Assembly (NCBI RefSeq): GCF_000008665.1
Contig: NC_000917.1
Span: 1,950,001-1,982,000 of the forward strand
From: Archaeoglobus fulgidus DSM 4304
GTDB taxonomy: Archaea; Halobacteriota; Archaeoglobi; Archaeoglobales; Archaeoglobaceae
Length of the DNA stretch: 32,000 bases
Direction of reading: 5' to 3'
Positions 27,082-32,000 of this stretch are shown here, one piece after another. The position numbers and the translations under genes were made by a program. The notes under the pieces were generated by a model. That model saw only the letters and a program-made list of their open reading frames with translations, was not told the origin of the DNA and made no database searches. Every line of letters starts with the position of its first letter. Within the stretch, counting starts at the first letter, position 1.

Positions 27082-27564
27082 TCAGTGTTTATGAAACGCG
27101 GGGTATAACTTGTCATAGGTCTCCTCCAAGGCCTCTGGAATGACCTGCACGTCCGCCAAGACAGGCATGAAGGACGTATCGCCATTCCACCTCGGCACGA
27201 CGTGAATGTGGAGGTGGGCGGCAATTCCAGCCCCTGCAACCTTGCCTATGTTCACCCCCACATTGAAGCCATCAGGGTTCATTACTTCCCTTATTGCCTT
27301 CAGCGAGAGCCTGACGAGCTTCATGGCCTCCACAATCTCCTCTTCCGTCATGTCTTCGATGGATGGAATGTGGCGGTAGGGATTGACCATCACGTGACCG
27401 GGATTGTAGGGATTTCGGTTCATTATGACGTAGCAGGTTTTGCCCCTGTAGAGTATCAGGTTCTCCCTGTCTCTGTTCTCCTTAGGAGCGGTGCAGAAAA
27501 CGCATTCTTTCGGCTTTGGAGCGAGAACGTATCTTATTCTCCAAGGAGCAAAAATTCTCTCCAT
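27082..27564 (-). CDS. HIT-family hydrolase
   Basis: CVFCTAPKENRDRENLILYRG, NRNPYNPGHVMVNPYRHI, and HLHIHVVPRW histidine triad. Confidence 0.93.
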   Translation of the reverse strand: MERIFAPWRIRYVLAPKPKECVFCTAPKENRDRENLILYRGKTCYVIMNRNPYNPGHVMVNPYRHIPSIEDMTEEEIVEAMKLVRLSLKAIREVMNPDGFNVGVNIGKVAGAGIAAHLHIHVVPRWNGDTSFMPVLADVQVIPEALEETYDKLYPAFHKH

Positions 27565-27660
27565 GACGGTAATATTTTCTGAGGTATAAATATTTTGTTT
27601 GGTCGCACACTAGGAACATGTCCCCATTACCAAAACCAATCTAAAAAAAATATGTATTCG

Positions 27661-27743
27661 GTAAAGGATATTGTTAAGGAGCTTAAAGTCTTTGAGATGT
27701 ACCTCTCGAAATTAAAGGGAATATCAACCTACATTCAAAAGAA
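27661..27743 (+). mobile_element. Short remnant of the 5' end of an IS transposase (IS6-like, same element as 29152..)
   Basis: Nucleotides aaaggatattgttaaggagcttaaagtctttgag...ctcgaaattaaag closely match 29152-29216. A GGAACATGTCCC box lies at 27613-27624. Confidence 0.55.
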
Positions 27744-27837
27744 AACTTTAATTACAGGATTTCAGAGACTGTAAACAAACTGCTAGACTTTTTTAGGACT
27801 GGAAAAACGGCAGAATTAAGGATTTTAAGGATAGAAA

Positions 27838-27911
27838 TGCCCGGACCCGGATTTGAACCGGGGACTATGCGGTCTTCAGCCGCACGCTCTCCCTGGCTGA
27901 GCTACCCGGGC
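27838..27911 (-). tRNA. tRNA-Phe (anticodon GAA)
   Basis: Reverse complement GCCCGGGTAGCTCAGCCAGGGAGAGCGTGCGGCTGAAGACCGCATAGTCCCCGGTTCAAATCCGGGTCCGGGCA folds as a cloverleaf. Confidence 0.95.
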
Positions 27912-27931
27912 TTAACCTATTGTATCCCATT

Positions 27932-27950
27932 AGTATTTTAATCTTTTTGG
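27932..27950 (-). promoter_or_regulatory. Probable TATA/BRE region for tRNA-Phe
   Basis: Minus-strand CCAAAAAGATTAAAAATACTA, about 25-35 bp upstream of the tRNA 5' end. Confidence 0.4.
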
Positions 27951-27992
27951 TTGGGTTTGCTCGTATGGCATCCCAATTATTTTTACATCTCT

Positions 27993-28195
27993 TCAATCTG
28001 GAGGAAGCTTGCACCAGAACGCATTGCAGAGTTCATCCCACTCCAAACTTATATGAGGCTTAATCTCGTTATGCCACCTTACAACTGCTTCAACTGAGCC
28101 AAGCTTTTCACTTTCTCTCAACCTTTACGTTAGTTTCCTCACATGAAGTGGGTCTAGGGTTGTGAAATAATTTTGGATACTACACCTAAGCCTAA
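27993..28195 (-). pseudogene. C-terminal remnant of an integrase-type (rve/DDE) IS transposase
   Basis: Minus-strand RLRESEKLGSVEAVVRWHNEIKPHISLEWDELCNAFWCKLPPD* resembles the tail EEFVRWYNEIRPHMSL..E.P..AFWRKLPPE. The upstream part is frameshifted and no N-terminal portion was found. Confidence 0.55.
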
Positions 28196-28297
28196 CTTTA
28201 CAATTCCACAACTCAGCAACACTTCCACCTCCAACCCATTCAAATCTACAAACCCCACCTACGAAACCCCTTTCTTCTTCCAAGGCAAATCATCAAA

Positions 28298-28483
28298 ATG
28301 CCAAAAATCATCGAAGCTGTTTACGAAAACGGAGTCTTCAAGCCTTTGCAGAAGGTTGATTTAAAGGAGGGGGAGAGAGTGAAGATTAAACTCGAACTAA
28401 AAGTAGAACCCATAGATTTGGGTGAACCTGTTTCCGTTGAAGAAATAAAGAAAATCAGGGATGGGACATGGATGTCTTCGTAG
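28298..28483 (+). CDS. DUF104/UPF0165-family antitoxin
   Basis: [33 protein letters not shown] is the family signature. Overlaps the start of the PIN remnant. Confidence 0.88.
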   Translation: MPKIIEAVYENGVFKPLQKVDLKEGERVKIKLELKVEPIDLGEPVSVEEIKKIRDGTWMSS

Positions 28484-28912
28484 ATACTTCGTTTGTGATA
28501 TCCTACTAATAAAAACAGATAAGACAGAAAAAGCTATTGAGCTCTTCAACCGTTTAAATCCGATTGCAAGCGTAACGGTCTACGAGGAGTCCTTTTACAC
28601 AGGCCTTCGAATTATAGCCCAGAAAAGGCTAAATATTAAAAATATGCTTATGCTCTCAGGGATTTTGTAAAGAAAAACGGATACGGCTTTGCAATGGATT
28701 TTGTAAAAGCTCTACATAATTTTTATGATGAAATTTACGTTGTTCAAGATTCGAGGGACTTGGAGTTAATTAAATCTGTCGCAGAGAAGTATAAATCACT
28801 CCCAAACGACGCCCTAATCGCTGCCACATGCAAACATTACGGCATCAAAAAGATAGCCACCTTCGATGAGGATTTCAGGAGGGTTGACTTTCTGGAGGTT
28901 GTTGGGCTTTAG
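28468..28912 (+). pseudogene. Frameshifted PIN-domain toxin (VapC-like)
   Basis: [13 protein letters not shown] (frame from 28468), then LIKTDKTEKAIELFNRLNPIASVTVYEESFYTGLRIIAQKRLNIKN (frame of 28461), then RDFVKKNGYGF...LPNDALIAATCKHYGIKKIATFDEDFRRVDFLEVVGL (frame of 28694). At least two frame changes. Confidence 0.85.
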
Positions 28913-29124
28913 GTTTTGGTATAACGCTTCAATCTCTAATCTTGCAATCCCGTTACAAATCCTGAAGTCAAGTCAAACAACCCTCTAACAACCTTTCTTC
29001 TTTCGAAACGAATTATTGGGGGTGTTCGGCCCCTATATCTGTGATATCTGCTTGGCGGTCGGTCACACAAAGAAAATCTATGAGAGGCTGGAAAAAGCTG
29101 AATTTGATTAACCTTCATCCAAAG

Positions 29125-29560
29125 GGAACGTGTCCCTTACTAAAACAAATAAAAGGATATTGTTGAGGAGCTTAAAGTCTTTGAGAGGAACAACTCGAAA
29201 TTAAAGTTTTGGGAATAGCAATCTACATCCAGATATCATCGGCGAGAAGAACTGCTAAAATTCTGTCGGAGTTGCATCCTGTTTCCAAATACTCCGTTCA
29301 CCGATGGATTAAGAGGTTTGAGGAGAAATTGTCCATCTCACCGGAGAAAAAGCCAAGAAGCCAGAAACTATCTGACTACAAAGTCCTTATATCAAAGAAG
29401 TGCTTGAGTACTGCGAAAACAAGCCGAAATTTGTGGTGGATAAGGCTCCCTGGCTGGTTCAGTTTGGAGAGTCTTGGATTGGAGTACTAGCATCAAACCT
29501 TTCAGTGAGAGAAGTAAGGTTGAATCCGTGTTTTCTTCGCTGAAGCAGCGAATTTAAGTC
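29125..29560 (+). mobile_element. Degenerate IS element with IS6-like DDE transposase fragments
   Basis: ARRTAKILSELHPVSKYSVHRWIKRFEEKLSISPEKK is the N-terminal HTH-type region. CENKPKFVVDKAPWLVQF follows in another frame and the catalytic core is mostly deleted. GGAACGTGTCCC box at 29125-29136. Confidence 0.6.
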
Positions 29561-29719
29561 TTTTTCTGTTTGATTAGCTGCCATAATCCAGTGAGAAACT
29601 GGAATTCTGTTCTGTAAGCTTTTCATGCTTTACTACAATTCGATTGAGTGGTTTTTGTTAATTAGACTCTACCCTGTTTTTTAGAAACATTTATTTAATC
29701 TAAATTTTAAATTCAAAAT

Positions 29720-30385
29720 GTGTCTCAACAAATTGACCCACAACAAATTGACCCAGAACTGAAGTCAGGACAAATTAAAGTTTTATTAGAGCAATACAAA
29801 ATTCTAAAAAACGAGATACATTTAACTTCCCAAAAAATGACAGGAAATATTAGAATTGGGCTCATAGTTTTAAGCTTAATTGGGAGTTATATACTTCATT
29901 CTCTGATAAAAAATGAGATTACAAAGAGTGTCATAGATAACACTACGGATGCAGTTATGTACACTATTTCTATCCTGCTAATCATTGGATTGTGGACAAA
30001 CGTATTTTCAAGCCTGAGCGCGATCGCTAGATTAGGAGGGTACCTGATTTACTTAGAAAAAACAATAAACGAATTAATTGGAAAAAACTTAATGATTTAC
30101 GAAAGTGAATTTGTTCCAAAATTCTTCACGGGAAGTGCTATACTAGCTTACGATTTACCAAATGTCTTGGTATTTGGATGTACATCACTTTTTGTAATAT
30201 CTTTTTTGGGTTATAAAGTTCTTGTAACAATCAATACTCCAGATTTTAACTTGATTTTGAGAAGTTTCATAATTTTAATTTTAGTTATATCAACAATATT
30301 ATTTTTAGTTAATTTATTTACAATATTGAGAGTTAATAAAGTAAAAGATGAAATTGTTACTTTTTGTACTAAGAAAATTAAATAA
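29720..30385 (+). CDS. Multi-pass membrane protein of unknown function
   Basis: 221 aa with about four hydrophobic segments. GTG start; AT-rich compared with its neighbours. Confidence 0.6.
   Translation: MSQQIDPQQIDPELKSGQIKVLLEQYKILKNEIHLTSQKMTGNIRIGLIVLSLIGSYILHSLIKNEITKSVIDNTTDAVMYTISILLIIGLWTNVFSSLSAIARLGGYLIYLEKTINELIGKNLMIYESEFVPKFFTGSAILAYDLPNVLVFGCTSLFVISFLGYKVLVTINTPDFNLILRSFIILILVISTILFLVNLFTILRVNKVKDEIVTFCTKKIK
29726..29755 (+). repeat. Two tandem copies of a 15-bp in-frame repeat CAACAAATTGACCCA
   Basis: Exact duplication encoding QQIDPQQIDP at the N-terminus of the membrane protein. Confidence 0.85.
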
Positions 30386-30402
30386 TAAAAAATAATAAAA
30401 AA

Positions 30403-32000
30403 TCAGAAAATCTCGGGAGCCCTGAACTCCCCGAAAACATCTCTTAAGGCGTCAGTCATCTCACCCAGCGTTGCTCTCGCCTTCACAGCATCAAGAACGT
30501 AGGGCATTAAATTCTCATCCTCTTTCTCTGCAGCCTTTCTGAGCCTGTCAAGAGCCTCCTCCACCTTCTTCGCATCTCTGTTCTTCCTGAACTCCTGCAA
30601 CCTCCTTATCTGCTTCTCCACCACTGCTTTGTCAACTCTCAGTAGCTCAATCTGTATCTCCTCCTCAATCTGATACTTGTTCACTCCAACTACAGTAATC
30701 TCTCCCTCGTCAATGGCCTTCTGCTTCTCGTAGGCGGACTTCTGAATCTCCCTCTGCACGTAACCGCTCTCAATCGCCTTAATCATTCCTCCCATCTCGT
30801 CTATCTTCTCAATGTACTTCATTGCCTCCTCCTCTATTCTGTCCGTAAGCCATTCAATGTAGTAGCTCCCGCCCAGCGGGTCAACGACGTCAGCAACACC
30901 GCTCTCTTCAGCAATAATCTGCTGCGTTCTCAGAGCAATCCTCACAGCCTTTTCAGTTGGCAGGCAGAGAGCTTCGTCAAAGCTGTTGGTGTGCAGAGAC
31001 TGACATCCGCCAAGCACCGCAGCTAAAGCCTGCAGAGCAACTCTCACAATGTTGTTTTCGGGCTGCTGTGCCGTCAGTGTACAACCAGCGGTTTGAACGT
31101 GGAAGCGAAGCATCATGGACCTCGGATTCTTCGCGTTGAACCTCTCCTTCATTATCCTCGCCCAAAGCCTTCTTGCAGCCCTGAACTTAGCAATCTCCTC
31201 AAGGAAGTTGTTTCCTGCAGCAAAGAAAAAGCTCAGCCTTGGAGCGAAGCTGTCAACATCCATGCCTCTCTCTATAACCTTCTCAACGTAGGTGATGCCG
31301 TCGGCAAGGGTAAAGGCAACCTCCTGAACGGGCGTGGCTCCAGCCTCCTCCATGTGGTAGCCTGAAATGCTAATGGAGTTCCACTTGGGCATCTCTTTTG
31401 CACAGAACATGATTATGTCAGTTGCAAGCCTCAACGACGGCTCGGGCGGGAAGATGTAGGTGCCACGGGCGATGTACTCCTTAAGCATGTCGTTCTGCAC
31501 CGTTCCCCTCAAATTCGCCCTCTCAACCCCCTGCTTTTCCGCAACGGCCACATACATGCTGAGAATCTGGGCGCAGGTGGAGTTGATGGTCATTGAGGTC
31601 GAAACTTTCCCCAACGGGATGCCGTTGAAAAGAATCTCCATGTCCTCAATGGTGTCTATGGCGACTCCAACCTTCCCGACTTCGCCAAGGGCCATTGGAT
31701 GGTCGGAGTCGTAGCCTATCTGTGTCGGCAGGTCGAAGGCAACGCTTAACCCCGTCTGTCCCTGCTCAAGCAGGTAGCGATATCTTCTGTTAGTCTCCTC
31801 GGCAGTGCCAAAGCCAGCATACTGCCTCATCGTCCAGAGCCTTCCCCTATACATTGTGGGATAGACTCCCCTCGTGAAGGGGTAAACTCCGGGATAGCCC
31901 AGCTTGTTCTCGTAATCAATCTCCACATCCTCAGGCGTGTAGAGGCGGTCAACCACTATGCCCGAGGATGTTTTGAACTCCTTCTTCCTTTCGGGGGATC
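30403..32000 (-). CDS. Methylmalonyl-CoA mutase large (alpha) subunit, partial at right edge
   Basis: [22 protein letters not shown]...[66 protein letters not shown]. The reading frame stays open to the window end past the track start at 31956. Confidence 0.95.
   Translation of the reverse strand, partial: SPERKKEFKTSSGIVVDRLYTPEDVEIDYENKLGYPGVYPFTRGVYPTMYRGRLWTMRQYAGFGTAEETNRRYRYLLEQGQTGLSVAFDLPTQIGYDSDHPMALGEVGKVGVAIDTIEDMEILFNGIPLGKVSTSMTINSTCAQILSMYVAVAEKQGVERANLRGTVQNDMLKEYIARGTYIFPPEPSLRLATDIIMFCAKEMPKWNSISISGYHMEEAGATPVQEVAFTLADGITYVEKVIERGMDVDSFAPRLSFFFAAGNNFLEEIAKFRAARRLWARIMKERFNAKNPRSMMLRFHVQTAGCTLTAQQPENNIVRVALQALAAVLGGCQSLHTNSFDEALCLPTEKAVRIALRTQQIIAEESGVADVVDPLGGSYYIEWLTDRIEEEAMKYIEKIDEMGGMIKAIESGYVQREIQKSAYEKQKAIDEGEITVVGVNKYQIEEEIQIELLRVDKAVVEKQIRRLQEFRKNRDAKKVEEALDRLRKAAEKEDENLMPYVLDAVKARATLGEMTDALRDVFGEFRAPEIF

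Noticed and set aside
28930-29000. CRISPR-repeat-like text (GCTTCAATCTCTAATCTTGCAATCCCG...)
   Set aside because: Only a single copy; no regularly spaced repeats or spacers anywhere in the window and no adjacent cas genes.
29030-29112. Short open segment ICDICLAVGHTKKIYERLEKAEFD* before the IS remnant
   Set aside because: Could be the tail of another degraded gene, but it is too short and has no start or recognisable domain to call.

Overview
This 32 kb window has the gene content of an archaeal (Archaeoglobus-type) chromosome. The attribution is inferred from protein sequences such as Ftr, MfnB, deoxyhypusine synthase, AfJAMM-like and DUF104 antitoxin-like proteins; no database search was run. 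Most of it is compact housekeeping and metabolic coding: Lhr-like helicase, THUMP methyltransferase, MoaE, phosphodiesterase, SucCD, CcmE/CcmF, deoxyhypusine synthase, MfnB, PhoU/TrkA-C protein, JAMM protease, LeuC, Nudix, PPAT, Ftr, ThiD, GPN GTPase, HIT protein, methylmalonyl-CoA mutase, tRNA-Leu(TAA) and tRNA-Phe(GAA). The most interesting segment is about 19.4-23.4 kb. There, an uncalled 26-aa ORF (20539..20619) lies directly upstream of a radical SAM/SPASM peptide-maturase-like gene and a secreted beta-propeller-like gene. These are divergent from a PadR regulator and SdpI-like membrane protein, with a perfect inverted repeat and an 11-bp-period repeat in the shared promoter. This is a candidate peptide-modification/immunity locus. 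Other points are an apparent frameshift in the Lhr helicase at about 630, a solo Cas4-like protein lacking recognisable catalytic residues, a possible structured RNA region near 10.6-10.9 kb, a decayed HepT/MNT pair at about 24 kb, and an IS/toxin-antitoxin graveyard at 27.6-29.7 kb. In that graveyard an intact DUF104 antitoxin sits next to a frameshifted PIN toxin.
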